Shown: in pieces, positions 1 to 9,850 of the stretch
Layout of the letters: every line of letters starts with the position of its first letter
Numbering within the stretch: position 1 is the stretch's first letter
NCBI GenBank assembly: GCA_963677435.1
Contig: OY781945.1
Coordinates: 1,504,001 to 1,568,000, forward strand
From: an uncultured Aliarcobacter sp.
GTDB taxonomy: Bacteria; Campylobacterota; Campylobacteria; Campylobacterales; Arcobacteraceae
Reading direction: 5' to 3'
Length of the DNA: 64,000 bases
Notes under the pieces: generated by a model
The model's database searches: none
What the model was told of the DNA's origin: nothing
Seen by the model: only the letters and a program-made list of their open reading frames with translations
Made by a program: the position numbers and the translations under genes

Positions 1-700
1 TTTAACTGTAAGTTTAGCTTTTGGTGCATATTTTGGTGCAAATGTTTTAACACCTCTTTGGCTTCAAACTTTGATGGGATATACAGGAACTCAAGCTGGA
101 CTTGCTGCTTGTTGGACAGGAATTGCAGGTTTAATGGTAGCTCCTTTTGTGGCAAAAGCTGCAACTACTACGGATGCTAGAAAATTGGTTTTTGTGGGTG
201 TTTTATGGCTTGGTCTTATGACTTTTTGGAGAGCTATTGCAAATACCGATATGGCTTTTATAGATGTTATGTTACCTCTATTTTTTATGGGATTTGGTTT
301 GCCTTTCTTTTTTATTCCCTCAATGGGTTTATCCCTTTCAAGTGTTAATAAAAACGAGATGGATTCAGCAGCTGGATTATTGAATTTTGTAAGAACCCTA
401 GCAGGTGCTTTTGCAACATCCTTTGTATCAACAGCATGGAGTAATAAAACAATTGAAAATCATGCAGAATTAGTAGCTATTACAGATAGTGATAATAGTA
501 TTAGAATATCCATGGAACAATCAGGAATGAGTACAGATTTGATTAATCAAACCATAAATTCAATGATTGATAAACAAAGTGTAATGCTAGCAACTAATCA
601 AGTGATGATAACACTTTCTGTTGTATTTGTTTTTGCAGCATTTATAATTTGGGCAGCTCCAAAGCCAATAAAAGTTCCTAAAGGAGTATCCGCTCACTAG
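1..700 (+). CDS. DHA2-family (EmrB/QacA-like) MFS efflux permease, 5'-truncated by window edge
   Basis: Frame open from base 2; hydrophobic helices; 'TPLWLQTLMGYT' and 'SAAGLLNFVRTLAGAF' motifs typical of the EmrB C-terminal half. Confidence 0.85.
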   Translation, partial: LTVSLAFGAYFGANVLTPLWLQTLMGYTGTQAGLAACWTGIAGLMVAPFVAKAATTTDARKLVFVGVLWLGLMTFWRAIANTDMAFIDVMLPLFFMGFGLPFFFIPSMGLSLSSVNKNEMDSAAGLLNFVRTLAGAFATSFVSTAWSNKTIENHAELVAITDSDNSIRISMEQSGMSTDLINQTINSMIDKQSVMLATNQVMITLSVVFVFAAFIIWAAPKPIKVPKGVSAH

Positions 701-704
701 CAAT

Positions 705-736
705 AAAAAAAGAGTAAATATATTTACTCTTTTTTT
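705..736. terminator. Intrinsic terminator hairpin after the EmrB-like gene
   Basis: Perfect palindrome AAAAAAAGAGTAAATA/TATTTACTCTTTTTTT just after the stop codon. Confidence 0.8.
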
Positions 737-882
737 AAATTAAAGTTAATTAGTAGTACAATTTCATTTGATTAAAACATCTTAATTTAAAAAGCTTGAT
801 AAATAAGCTACTGACTTAACTCTTAATTTATGAATTACAAAAGTTATATTGAATTATTATTAAAAGATAGAAAGAAGATAAA

Positions 883-2211
883 TTGGTATTACAAAAAGAA
901 AATATTATTAATATAAATTTTTTAAAAAGAGTCCTTGTTTTTATAATTGGACTTTTTATAATGGCTTTAGGTGTTTCCTTATCTGTAAAAGCAGATATTG
1001 GAGTATCTCCTATTTCATGTGTTCCTTACATCTATAGTTTAAAGTTCTCTTTGACAATAGGTGAATTGACAATTATTTTAAATAGTTTATTTATTTTGAT
1101 ACAAATAATAATTTTGCGTAAAAAATACAATATTTTTCAATTAGTACAACTTCCTGCTGTTATATTATTTGGATATTGTATTGATATTGCAATGGCATTA
1201 AGTAAAAATTTACAACCTAGTAACTATATTGAACAACTTTTTTTATGTTTATTAGCTTGTGTTATTTTAGCTTTTGGAATATTCCTTGTTGTTAAAACTA
1301 GATTAACATACCTTCCTTTGGAAGGTTTAGTTATTGTTATTTCTCAAACTTTCAAAAAAGAGTTTGGTAAAATAAAAATCTCTATGGATAGTTTGATGGT
1401 TATTATAGGTTTTATTAGTTCTTATGTTTTTCTATCTAAGGTAGAAGGAATAAGAGAGGGGAGTATTATTGCTGCTTTATTAATTGGAACTCTTATTAAA
1501 TTTTATAGTATTAAAATGCCTAATATAGAAAAATGGCTTTTAAAAGAAACTATTAAAGATATTTATACAGAAGATATAGTTGATAAATATAATAATACTT
1601 TTGTTATAACTATTTCAAGAGAGTTTGGAAGCGGTGGACATGAAATAGGGAAAATCATAGCTAAGAAATTAGGTCTTTCATTTATTGATAAAGAATTAAT
1701 TCATTTAACTGCCCAACAAACAGGCTACACTTTAGATTATATTCAAGAAAATGAACAAAAACTTAGTAATTCACTAATATATGATTTATATGAACAAAAT
1801 TATGCTTATGTAAATGATGAATTACCACCAAAAGATGCACTTTTTTTAGTTCAAAGTAAGATAATAAGAGAAATATGTGCAAAAGAATCTTGTGTAATTG
1901 TAGGGCGTTGTGCTAATTTTATTTTGAAAGATCACCCAAATTGTATTAATATTTTTATTCATGCTAATGAAGAGTATAGAATGGAAAAAATCAATAAAGA
2001 TTATGGTGTAAATCCACCTGTTACTCATCATGACTTAGAAAAATCAGATGAAGAAAGAGCTAATTATTGTGTACATTTTACAAATAAAGATTGGAGAGAT
2101 GCTAGAAATTATCATTTTACAATTGATAGTTCATTGTATGGTTCAAAAGAGAGTGCGAATAAAGTGATTGGATTTATAAAAGCTAGTATTAATAAAAATT
2201 TGAAAAATTAG
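883..2211 (+). CDS. YczE/YyaS-type membrane domain fused to a cytidylate-kinase-like P-loop domain
   Basis: N-half hydrophobic with 'ADIGVSPISCVPY'; C-half 'VITISREFGSGGHEIG...SCVIVGRCA' (cytidylate kinase-like family). Confidence 0.8.
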   Translation: MVLQKENIININFLKRVLVFIIGLFIMALGVSLSVKADIGVSPISCVPYIYSLKFSLTIGELTIILNSLFILIQIIILRKKYNIFQLVQLPAVILFGYCIDIAMALSKNLQPSNYIEQLFLCLLACVILAFGIFLVVKTRLTYLPLEGLVIVISQTFKKEFGKIKISMDSLMVIIGFISSYVFLSKVEGIREGSIIAALLIGTLIKFYSIKMPNIEKWLLKETIKDIYTEDIVDKYNNTFVITISREFGSGGHEIGKIIAKKLGLSFIDKELIHLTAQQTGYTLDYIQENEQKLSNSLIYDLYEQNYAYVNDELPPKDALFLVQSKIIREICAKESCVIVGRCANFILKDHPNCINIFIHANEEYRMEKINKDYGVNPPVTHHDLEKSDEERANYCVHFTNKDWRDARNYHFTIDSSLYGSKESANKVIGFIKASINKNLKN

Positions 2212-2329
2212 TTTTATATTAAGATTACAAATTTTACATCATAACTCTTATTTTATTCCTCTTTTTTGTTTTAACACTAGTCTAAATAGCTATATGTTAT
2301 CATTCATCGCATATTATTTTAGGAGAATT

Positions 2330-3637
2330 ATGAGAACTATTATTGCTTTTTTTATGTTGATTGTTGAACTTTTTGCTTCAAATACGCCTTTTGATTTGTA
2401 TAAGAAAGAAGGAGAGATAAAAGGTCATACTCTTCTAATTATTGGTGGAATTCATGGTGATGAACCAGGTGGATATTTTGCACCTGCATTTTTAGAGAAA
2501 TATTACAAAATTAAATCAGGGAATTTATGGATAATTCCAAATTTAAATGCTGATAGTATTATGGCAGATAACAGAGGAATTTATGGTGATATGAACCGAA
2601 AATTTAGTTCTGTTGATAAAAATGATAATGATTTTGAAAGTGTAACAAAAATAAAAAAATTAATACTTGATAAAAAAGTGGATCTGATATTAAATCTACA
2701 TGATGGACATGGTTTTTATAGAAATAAATATGAAAATGCTATTTTTAATCCAAATGCTTGGGGACAAGCAACTATCATTGACCAAGAAAAAATAAATGGA
2801 CTTGAAAAGTTTGGTAATTTAGATGAAATTGCAAATAAAGTAACTTCTATATTAAATAATGATAATTTATTTCAAGAGTACCACTCTTTTGGTGTAAAAA
2901 ACACACAAACAAAATTCAAAGATGAGCAAATGCAACTATCTTTAACATATTATGCAGTTACAAATAATAAGCCAGCAATGGCCATAGAAACCAGTAAAAA
3001 TATCACTGAATTAACATATAAAGTTATCTATCAGTTAAAATCAATTGAAGAGTTTATGAAAATTATGGATATTAAATTTGAAAGAGATTTTGATATAAAT
3101 AACTATGAAGAGGTAAAAAGTAAAATCTATGATTTTGGGAAAGTTACAATAAATAATAATATTGCTTTTGATTTAACAGATATCAAAAGTAGTATGAGAT
3201 TTGTTCCTTTGAAAAAAGATGACAATAAATTTGATTTTACTCATAGTTTAGCAAGAGTTAAAAGTATTGATAATAAATATGAAATTTATGTTGGAAATAT
3301 AAAAGTTTGTGATTTATATCCTCAAATATTTGATTTATCAAGTACAAAAGAAAAAATAAAAATTTTAGTTGATGGAAAAGAGCTTGAAACTTCATTTGCT
3401 AATAGAATTGATATAAAAAATGATTTTAAAATTCTTAAATCAGATTTTAGAGTAAATATTATTGGATTTAGTAAAAGTGGAGTTGATAGTGAAGATGATA
3501 TTTTAATCAAAAAAAGTGATATTCAAGATAATTATTCAATAGATAATAGTAAAAATAAATATAGAGTAGAATTTTATAAAGATGGTAAATTTTATGGAAT
3601 GATTATTTTAAATTTTTCAGGAGATAAAAATGAGTAA
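2330..3637 (+). CDS. M99-family peptidoglycan DL-carboxypeptidase (Pgp1/Csd4-like cell-shape enzyme)
   Basis: Signal peptide; 'GGIHGDEPGG', 'DMNRKF', 'LNLHDGHG' Zn-carboxypeptidase motifs; SD AGGAG before ATG 2330. Confidence 0.85.
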   Translation: MRTIIAFFMLIVELFASNTPFDLYKKEGEIKGHTLLIIGGIHGDEPGGYFAPAFLEKYYKIKSGNLWIIPNLNADSIMADNRGIYGDMNRKFSSVDKNDNDFESVTKIKKLILDKKVDLILNLHDGHGFYRNKYENAIFNPNAWGQATIIDQEKINGLEKFGNLDEIANKVTSILNNDNLFQEYHSFGVKNTQTKFKDEQMQLSLTYYAVTNNKPAMAIETSKNITELTYKVIYQLKSIEEFMKIMDIKFERDFDINNYEEVKSKIYDFGKVTINNNIAFDLTDIKSSMRFVPLKKDDNKFDFTHSLARVKSIDNKYEIYVGNIKVCDLYPQIFDLSSTKEKIKILVDGKELETSFANRIDIKNDFKILKSDFRVNIIGFSKSGVDSEDDILIKKSDIQDNYSIDNSKNKYRVEFYKDGKFYGMIILNFSGDKNE

Positions 3638-3914
3638 AGATATAAAAAAAGAGTTTGCATTAGTTATAAGAAATGCTAAGATTACAGCATTTATTTTCTT
3701 CTTATTATTAACTCCAAACTTAGTAATTCAAATAAAAGGTTTAGATGAAATTTTAGGATTATCAAAAGATATTTGGTTCAATGCTGCAATTGCTGGATTT
3801 ATAATCTATTTAGCATATACATTCTTTCTATGGAAATGTCCAAGCTGTGGAAGCTATCCAGGTAGAGGATGGTTTAGAAAGAATTGCGAAAGATGTGGAG
3901 TTGAATTAAGTTAG
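3630..3914 (+). CDS. Small membrane protein with C-terminal zinc ribbon
   Basis: Two hydrophobic segments then CPSC...CERC; overlaps the upstream stop; SD AGGAG. Confidence 0.7.
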   Translation: MSKDIKKEFALVIRNAKITAFIFFLLLTPNLVIQIKGLDEILGLSKDIWFNAAIAGFIIYLAYTFFLWKCPSCGSYPGRGWFRKNCERCGVELS

Positions 3915-3943
3915 AATAAAAAAGGAAAAATTCCTTTTTTATT
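3915..3943. terminator. Bidirectional intrinsic terminator
   Basis: AATAAAAAAGGAA-aaa-TTCCTTTTTTATT between convergent genes. Confidence 0.8.
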
Positions 3944-3951
3944 TAAGATTA

Positions 3952-4140
3952 TTATACTTTTGGTGTACACTTTTTACTAATTATACATACAGGACAAAAA
4001 CCTACAATTCCAATTACAAGTGGGATTACTCCTAAATAAAACCAAGCATTTCCACTTATAAATCCTATTACAATTAATATTAAACCTATAACTATTCTAA
4101 ATGGTCTGCAAAAACTTCTTATTTTATCAAATATGTTCAT
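3952..4140 (-). CDS. DUF2892 (YgaP-like) small membrane protein
   Basis: 'RIVIGLILI...LGVIPL..GIVGFCP' pattern. Confidence 0.8.
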   Translation of the reverse strand: MNIFDKIRSFCRPFRIVIGLILIVIGFISGNAWFYLGVIPLVIGIVGFCPVCIISKKCTPKV

Positions 4141-4196
4141 TCTTAATTCCTATGATTTTTTTATATAAAATCATTATCATATAAGTAAACTTAATG

Positions 4197-4227
4197 TTAT
4201 ATAAATAAGTAAAACTTATTTATATAA
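4197..4227. terminator. Hairpin downstream of the acyltransferase gene
   Basis: 14-bp inverted repeat TTATATAAATAAGT-aaa-ACTTATTTATATAA. Confidence 0.55.
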
Positions 4228-4239
4228 AATAAGAATAAG

Positions 4240-4920
4240 TTATTTTAGGAATTGTTTTCTATAAATTTCTTCTAGAGGTTCTTTATCTTTATAATCAATT
4301 ATATCCCCAATTTCAATCTCAATTTTTAGATTTTTTGTTCTTTGTTCTATTGCTTCTTTTAGAACTTGATTTGCATTAGTTTTTATAAAAACTGGCAAAA
4401 TATCAATTCTATTTTTTAATGCCATTAGTTTTGCACCTTCTTTAAAAGTACTAATAGGATTAGAGGTTTTATTTCTTGTACCTTCTGGAAAAACAAAAAT
4501 TGAATAGCCTTTTTTTACTACTTCTTTAGTGTCTTTGAAAAATGAGCTCATATTTGAAGCTTCTCTATCTAATAAAATAGAATCTGCATTTCTAGTAAAA
4601 GTACCAAAGAAAAAAGAGTTAAAAAGTTCTTTTTTAGATACCCAAAAACCATGAATCAAAGACTCTTTTAAAGCAAGTTCAATAATAAGTGGATCAATAA
4701 TACTTCTGTGATTTGATATTAATAAATAGTTTCCATCTTTTGGAAGTTTTTCTTTGTTTAAAACTTCAACGCTGATATTTAATTTTGATAAAAGTACTTG
4801 AGAATATTCAATTCTTAATGCTTTTTTTTCTTCTGAAGATTTGGCTTTTTTTAATTTAAAGCCATATTTGTTTGTTAAGTAAGTTGCATATATTGCAATG
4901 CTAATTTGTTTTAAGTTCAA
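4240..4920 (-). CDS. 1-acyl-sn-glycerol-3-phosphate acyltransferase (PlsC family)
   Basis: NHRSIID (HX4D) and FPEGTR motifs. Confidence 0.9.
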   Translation of the reverse strand: MNLKQISIAIYATYLTNKYGFKLKKAKSSEEKKALRIEYSQVLLSKLNISVEVLNKEKLPKDGNYLLISNHRSIIDPLIIELALKESLIHGFWVSKKELFNSFFFGTFTRNADSILLDREASNMSSFFKDTKEVVKKGYSIFVFPEGTRNKTSNPISTFKEGAKLMALKNRIDILPVFIKTNANQVLKEAIEQRTKNLKIEIEIGDIIDYKDKEPLEEIYRKQFLK

Positions 4921-4950
4921 ATTTATCCTATTTTTATTTTTGCAATTGTA

Positions 4951-5646
4951 TCAAAATGATTTGATAGTTGATGCTTTTTCTAAATAAATTTGTTCTAAAT
5001 TTATATATGATTGATAAACTAAAACTTCAACCCCTTGTTTAGTAACTTCTTTAAAGGCTTCACAATATTTTTTATCAACTTCACAAGCTAATCTAAAAGG
5101 TAAATTATCACTTCTTTGAATAACATATAACATCACAGCTCGATGACCATCTTTTACCATTTGAGCCAATTCATTTAAGTGTTTTGTTCCCCTTGAAGTT
5201 ACAGCATCTGGAAAAGCTAAATAATCATCTATTTTTAAACTTACACTTTTTACTTCTACATAACATTTTTCATTTTCATTTTCAAGTAAAATATCAATTC
5301 TGCTATTTTCTCCATATTTTTGTTCTGGTTTTAAATTTTCATAAGATTGAAGCTCTTTTATTACACCATTTTGAATAGCTTCAATTGCAATTTTATTAGC
5401 AACACCTGTATTTGTGCAAATTAGATTTTCACCCATTTTTGTGAGTTCCAAAGTGTATTTTAGTTTTCTTTTTGGATTATCATGAAAAGTTACCCAAACA
5501 TCACAATTATCTTCTATACAAGAAGTCATTGCACCACTATTTGGTACATGTGCAGTAATTTCTTCACCATTTTCTAAAATAATATCTGCTAAAAATCTTT
5601 TATATCTTTTTACTAATCTACCTTTTATCAATTTTTCAAATTGCAT
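4951..5646 (-). CDS. sfsA: DNA/RNA nuclease SfsA
   Basis: 'RYKRFLADI', 'AHVPNSGAM', 'YVEVKSV', 'FPDAVTSRGTKHL'. Confidence 0.95.
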   Translation of the reverse strand: MQFEKLIKGRLVKRYKRFLADIILENGEEITAHVPNSGAMTSCIEDNCDVWVTFHDNPKRKLKYTLELTKMGENLICTNTGVANKIAIEAIQNGVIKELQSYENLKPEQKYGENSRIDILLENENEKCYVEVKSVSLKIDDYLAFPDAVTSRGTKHLNELAQMVKDGHRAVMLYVIQRSDNLPFRLACEVDKKYCEAFKEVTKQGVEVLVYQSYINLEQIYLEKASTIKSF

Positions 5647-5723
5647 ATATAAACCTTTTTATTATGTTTTAACTTTTATCTATTATACTATATCAATTTC
5701 GAGTTTGTATAAAGGCAAGATAT

Positions 5724-7019
5724 ATGGATGTAATTCATAGAAAAAGAGATAAATCTCTTGGTATATTTGAACTAATCGCCATTGCATTAGGTGGAATGGT
5801 TGGTGGTGGTATTTTTACAATACTTGGAATTTCAGTATCAATGATAGGTGTTTATACTCCAATTGCTATTGTTTTTGGGGGAATCATTGCTTCTTTTGCT
5901 GCTTATTCTTATATTAAATTAGGGGTTTATTATCAAGATGAGGGTGCAACTTATTCCTTTTTTAAAAAGACATACCCAAGCTCAGATTTTGCAATTTCTT
6001 TGATTGGTTGGTGGGTGATTTTTGGATATATAAGTACCTTAGCTTTATATTCTTATACTTTTTCTTCTTATGCTCTTAGTAGTTCCTCTTTTGCAGATGA
6101 TGATTTTGCTAGAAAAATTTTAGCAGGTATTGTTATTTCTATTTTTGCCATGATTAATATTTGGAGTGTTAAAGGCATGGGTAAAATCGAAGATTTGATG
6201 GTTTATACAAAACTTATCATATTAGTAGTTATCTCTTTTGTTTTAATAAATAATAGTAATACAACAATTTCAATACTCTTAGAAAATAATAAAGATGTAG
6301 AACTTTCAGCAATTTTGATAGTGGCTTCACTTACTTTTGTAGCTTATGAAGGATTTCAACTTGTAATAAATGCTGTAAATGAAATGGATAATCCAAAAAG
6401 AAATATACCTTTTGCCATATATAGTGCAATAGCTTTAGCTATTTTAATTTATGTTGTGATTTCATTAGGAGCAATTTTGGCAATTTCTTTTGATGATATT
6501 ATTGCAAATAAAGAGTACGCTCTTGCAGCTGGTGCAAATAAAGTCTTAGGTCATTGGGGAAATGATTTAGTGATTATTGGGGCTTTATTAGCAACAAGTA
6601 GTGCAATTAGTGGGACTTTATTTGGAGCATCAAGACAGATGTCAGTTATTGCAAAAGATGGTTTTTTTCCATCTTTTTTGCAAAAAAGAAATATGTATAA
6701 CATTCCAACAAATGCAATAATTATAATGGCATTTCTAGCTTTTTGTTTAGTTTTGAGTGGTTCATTAGAGTTAATACTTGAATTTGGAAGTGTGACTTTT
6801 TTAATCGTTTCATTACTGATGGCAATTGCAAATTTTAAAATGAGATATAAAACAAACTCTTCAACATACCTTACTTCAATGGCAATTTTTTTATTAGCAG
6901 GAAGTGCCATATTACTTATTTATTATGAATTTAAAGTCAAATTTGAGCAAATGTTATTTATTTTGTTACTTTATGTGCTATTAACTCTACTCTCTTGGGT
7001 CTATTCTAGGAAAAAATAA
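5724..7019 (+). CDS. APC-family amino acid permease
   Basis: 'LGGMVGGGIF' and 'FVAYEGFQ' motifs, ~12 hydrophobic segments. Confidence 0.9.
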   Translation: MDVIHRKRDKSLGIFELIAIALGGMVGGGIFTILGISVSMIGVYTPIAIVFGGIIASFAAYSYIKLGVYYQDEGATYSFFKKTYPSSDFAISLIGWWVIFGYISTLALYSYTFSSYALSSSSFADDDFARKILAGIVISIFAMINIWSVKGMGKIEDLMVYTKLIILVVISFVLINNSNTTISILLENNKDVELSAILIVASLTFVAYEGFQLVINAVNEMDNPKRNIPFAIYSAIALAILIYVVISLGAILAISFDDIIANKEYALAAGANKVLGHWGNDLVIIGALLATSSAISGTLFGASRQMSVIAKDGFFPSFLQKRNMYNIPTNAIIIMAFLAFCLVLSGSLELILEFGSVTFLIVSLLMAIANFKMRYKTNSSTYLTSMAIFLLAGSAILLIYYEFKVKFEQMLFILLLYVLLTLLSWVYSRKK

Positions 7020-7035
7020 TAAATAACTTTTCTTA

Positions 7036-7053
7036 AGGGAATAGCTATTGCAT
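7036..7053 (+). promoter_or_regulatory. Putative sigma54 (-24/-12) promoter of the hemerythrin gene
   Basis: GG(7038-39)-AATAGCTATT-GC(7050-51): exact GG-N10-GC spacing with TTGCA. Confidence 0.55.
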
Positions 7054-7082
7054 TGCATATTCCAAAATCATAGGAGTTAATT

Positions 7083-7514
7083 ATGAGCAAGATAAAAGCA
7101 TTTGACAAAAGTAAACATGTGTTGAACAACAAAGTGATAGATGTACTACATAAAGAATTTTTAGAAATTTACAATAGTGTAGAAGTTTCATCAAATGTAA
7201 GTATTAAATCAAAAGCTACCGAACTACTTGCTCATACAAAAAGACACTTCATGGAAGAAGAAAAACTAATGGATAGATATAATTATTCAAGAAGTATGGA
7301 ACATAAAAATGAACACAATAAAGTTTTAGCTGAGCTACAATTTTTTATTGATAAATCTCATAGTGTATTTGGTATGAATATTTTAAAATCATATTACATA
7401 GAGAAAATCCCTTATTGGTTTGATTACCATTTAGCGAGTATGGATAGTGATTTAGTAGCATATTTAAATAACTATAATCTTAGAACAAAAAAATTAAAAC
7501 AAGAAGTAAACTAA
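7083..7514 (+). CDS. Single-domain hemerythrin
   Basis: H...HFMEEE...EHKNEH...H..SMD di-iron ligand pattern; SD AGGAG. Confidence 0.9.
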   Translation: MSKIKAFDKSKHVLNNKVIDVLHKEFLEIYNSVEVSSNVSIKSKATELLAHTKRHFMEEEKLMDRYNYSRSMEHKNEHNKVLAELQFFIDKSHSVFGMNILKSYYIEKIPYWFDYHLASMDSDLVAYLNNYNLRTKKLKQEVN

Positions 7515-7578
7515 AAATAGATGATATTGAAATAAACTATAAGTATGGTGGAGTTTTTTTTAAATTCTTTTTAAATTA

Positions 7579-7610
7579 TTTATTCTCAAACAAAAGAGTT
7601 TGAGAATAAA
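7579..7610. terminator. Bidirectional terminator
   Basis: TTTATTCTCAAAC-aaaaga-GTTTGAGAATAAA between convergent genes. Confidence 0.75.
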
Positions 7611-7623
7611 AAACAATTAAATC

Positions 7624-8712
7624 TTACGCTTCTTTCAACTTCTTAATCAAAGGAAGTTTATCCAATAAATCTTCACAATATTCCCATTGAGTTAAGGTTT
7701 CTTTCCACTGTTTGGGAATTGCATCAACTCCAAAATATGCTCCTAAAACCATACCAATGGCAATTGCTCTTGAGGCATTATCTCCTCCTACCATTGCATT
7801 CGCTTGTAGGGCTTTTTTTAGTCCATCTTCTTTGTTTGCATATTTTAGTATGAAATAAATACTTCCAGGAAGTGTGCCCTCAGTTGGACTTGCTTTTCCT
7901 ACTTTTATTGGTTCACTTCTTCCAATATCCCAAAGTCTCGCCATTGATGTAAGTGCTAAATCATCGCTGAATTGCTCTTTTGAAAGCTGTGTTTCATGAT
8001 TTGCTTCTTCTTCATATTTTGCTATTGCTTGTTTTGTTTTATCTTCAAAAAATCCACCCATTAAAACTGCAACTTCTTCGATGGCATCTCTTGGACTCAC
8101 CCCTCTTAAAACTCTGTGTGTAACTCTTGCAAAAAATTCACCACCACCAAGAGCTGAGAAGTCTTTGTGAGTAAACATAGCTTTTCTTGCAACATCAACT
8201 AACTCATCTTCATTTTCATAATATCCGTGAGCTGCCACATGACGTATTGCCATGGCATTTGATATTCCACCTAAGTTTTCGATTTTTGTTCCATGTTTTA
8301 CTTGAGAGTAAGTCTCTTTTGTCATTGTACAAATCCAAGAACCCCAACCATTTTCAAGTCTGTTCATCCAATGGGGAATTAAATTTTGCACGCTAAAAGT
8401 TCTAGGTGGATTTGAAGTAGCTGCTAAATGTTCAAGAATTACGATATTGTAATCACCATAATCAGTAGTTCCACCAGCACTTTTCCCTGGATGATAGTTT
8501 CTTTCACCCCAACCAATACCGTGAGTTTGTCCACCCATTTTTTCACCTGGACTCATAAACTTTTCTATTGGTTTTTGTCCATAAGCTTCATAGATTTTTT
8601 TAGCATCATATTCGTAGTGTGTCCCTAAACATAAAGCATCACCTACTATTGCTGCAAAAAAAGCACCTTTTACATTTTTTTCTTTTAATTTTTCATTTGA
8701 TAGTGTATTCAT
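7624..8712 (-). CDS. ADP-ribosylglycohydrolase family protein
   Basis: 'GAFFAAIVGDAL', 'TDYGD', 'ANAMVGGDNASRAIAIGMVLGAYFG..AIP.QW'. Confidence 0.85.
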   Translation of the reverse strand: MNTLSNEKLKEKNVKGAFFAAIVGDALCLGTHYEYDAKKIYEAYGQKPIEKFMSPGEKMGGQTHGIGWGERNYHPGKSAGGTTDYGDYNIVILEHLAATSNPPRTFSVQNLIPHWMNRLENGWGSWICTMTKETYSQVKHGTKIENLGGISNAMAIRHVAAHGYYENEDELVDVARKAMFTHKDFSALGGGEFFARVTHRVLRGVSPRDAIEEVAVLMGGFFEDKTKQAIAKYEEEANHETQLSKEQFSDDLALTSMARLWDIGRSEPIKVGKASPTEGTLPGSIYFILKYANKEDGLKKALQANAMVGGDNASRAIAIGMVLGAYFGVDAIPKQWKETLTQWEYCEDLLDKLPLIKKLKEA

Positions 8713-8811
8713 AATTTATAACCTAGTATTTATTTAATACTTGATTATAACTAAGGATTTTTTATTTTAGATAAAAAGGATAAATTTTTTTACTAGATAT
8801 AAATTATTGTT

Positions 8812-9699
8812 TTAGATATTTATGAGTTTTTGTTTAGATGAAAATTTGTAAATTATCTCTAAAAACTCAAATTCTAAATAGTTTGCCTGAAGCATAAGCC
8901 TAGAAGCTTTTGTTATTTCAAGTCTTTTTTCTTCTGAGACTTTATTTTTTAAGAAATCATCAGCAAAAATTTCATCAACTCCATAAAGTGTGTCACCAAC
9001 AATTTTGTGTCCAATAGAATCTAAATGAACTCTTATTTGATGTTGTCTTCCTGTTAGTGGAATTGCTTCTACTAAAGTTTGATTTTTAACTTTGTCATAA
9101 GAGATTGGTTTGATTAAAGTTGTTGATTCTTTGCCATTTATATCAGTTTTCATTTTTAGTTTTATTAAACCTGTGTCATTTGTGATGGGAGTGTTTATTG
9201 TTAGTTCTTCTTTTATTTCACCAAGAACCAAAGCTTTGTATTTTTTTGTATAGAGTTTTTCTTCAAACATGTTTTTTAGCATCATGTCACTAAAGGCATT
9301 TTTAGACACAAGAACTAATCCAGAAGTTTCAGCATCAATTCGGTGAACTAAAGAGCCCTTCTCTCCAAATTGATATTTTATTTCATCTAAAAGAGTATAA
9401 ACATTTAGTTGGTGAGAAGAGGGATGAACCATAATTCCACTTGGTTTATCAAAAATAGCAAAATGAAAAGAGTCGAAGATTGGTTTTAAACCTTTTGTTT
9501 GGGGCTCAAAAATCACTATATAAATAAAATCTGATTTTATAATTTGATTTTTTTGAAGTCTTTTGTTCTTTTCATCACTTATTTTGCCTTTTTCTAAAAG
9601 AGTTAAAAGTAGTTTTGAATCTAGGGGAATATCTTGGATTAAGAAGTCCTCTATTTTTTTCCCTTTTATGGTTTTAAACTCTTTTTTTATGTATGGCAA
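8812..9699 (-). CDS. RluA-family pseudouridine synthase
   Basis: 'DKPSGIMVHP', 'HRIDAETSG', 'TGRQHQIRVH', 'IVGDTLYG'. Confidence 0.95.
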   Translation of the reverse strand: MPYIKKEFKTIKGKKIEDFLIQDIPLDSKLLLTLLEKGKISDEKNKRLQKNQIIKSDFIYIVIFEPQTKGLKPIFDSFHFAIFDKPSGIMVHPSSHQLNVYTLLDEIKYQFGEKGSLVHRIDAETSGLVLVSKNAFSDMMLKNMFEEKLYTKKYKALVLGEIKEELTINTPITNDTGLIKLKMKTDINGKESTTLIKPISYDKVKNQTLVEAIPLTGRQHQIRVHLDSIGHKIVGDTLYGVDEIFADDFLKNKVSEEKRLEITKASRLMLQANYLEFEFLEIIYKFSSKQKLINI

Positions 9700-9850
9700 T
9701 TTTTATCCTCTTGGTTTTTTTGTCAATTATACAATATTCTTAAAAGTATCAAACCTTAGTAACTGCATCGTAATAATTAAACCCTAGAATATTATTGTAA
9801 ATAACAAAATATTGTTATAGAATGAATTCCAAACTACATAGGAGATTGAA

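Noticed and set aside
7624..8712. Calling the ADP-ribosylglycohydrolase DraG (nitrogenase switch-on enzyme)
   Set aside because: No draT in the window, no sigma54 motif seen upstream, longer than typical DraG, and TDYGD rather than TDD; only family-level support
9720..9810. NifA upstream activator sequence (TGT-N10-ACA) before glnII
   Set aside because: TGT/ACA pairs present have the wrong spacing and no -24/-12 motif was found there
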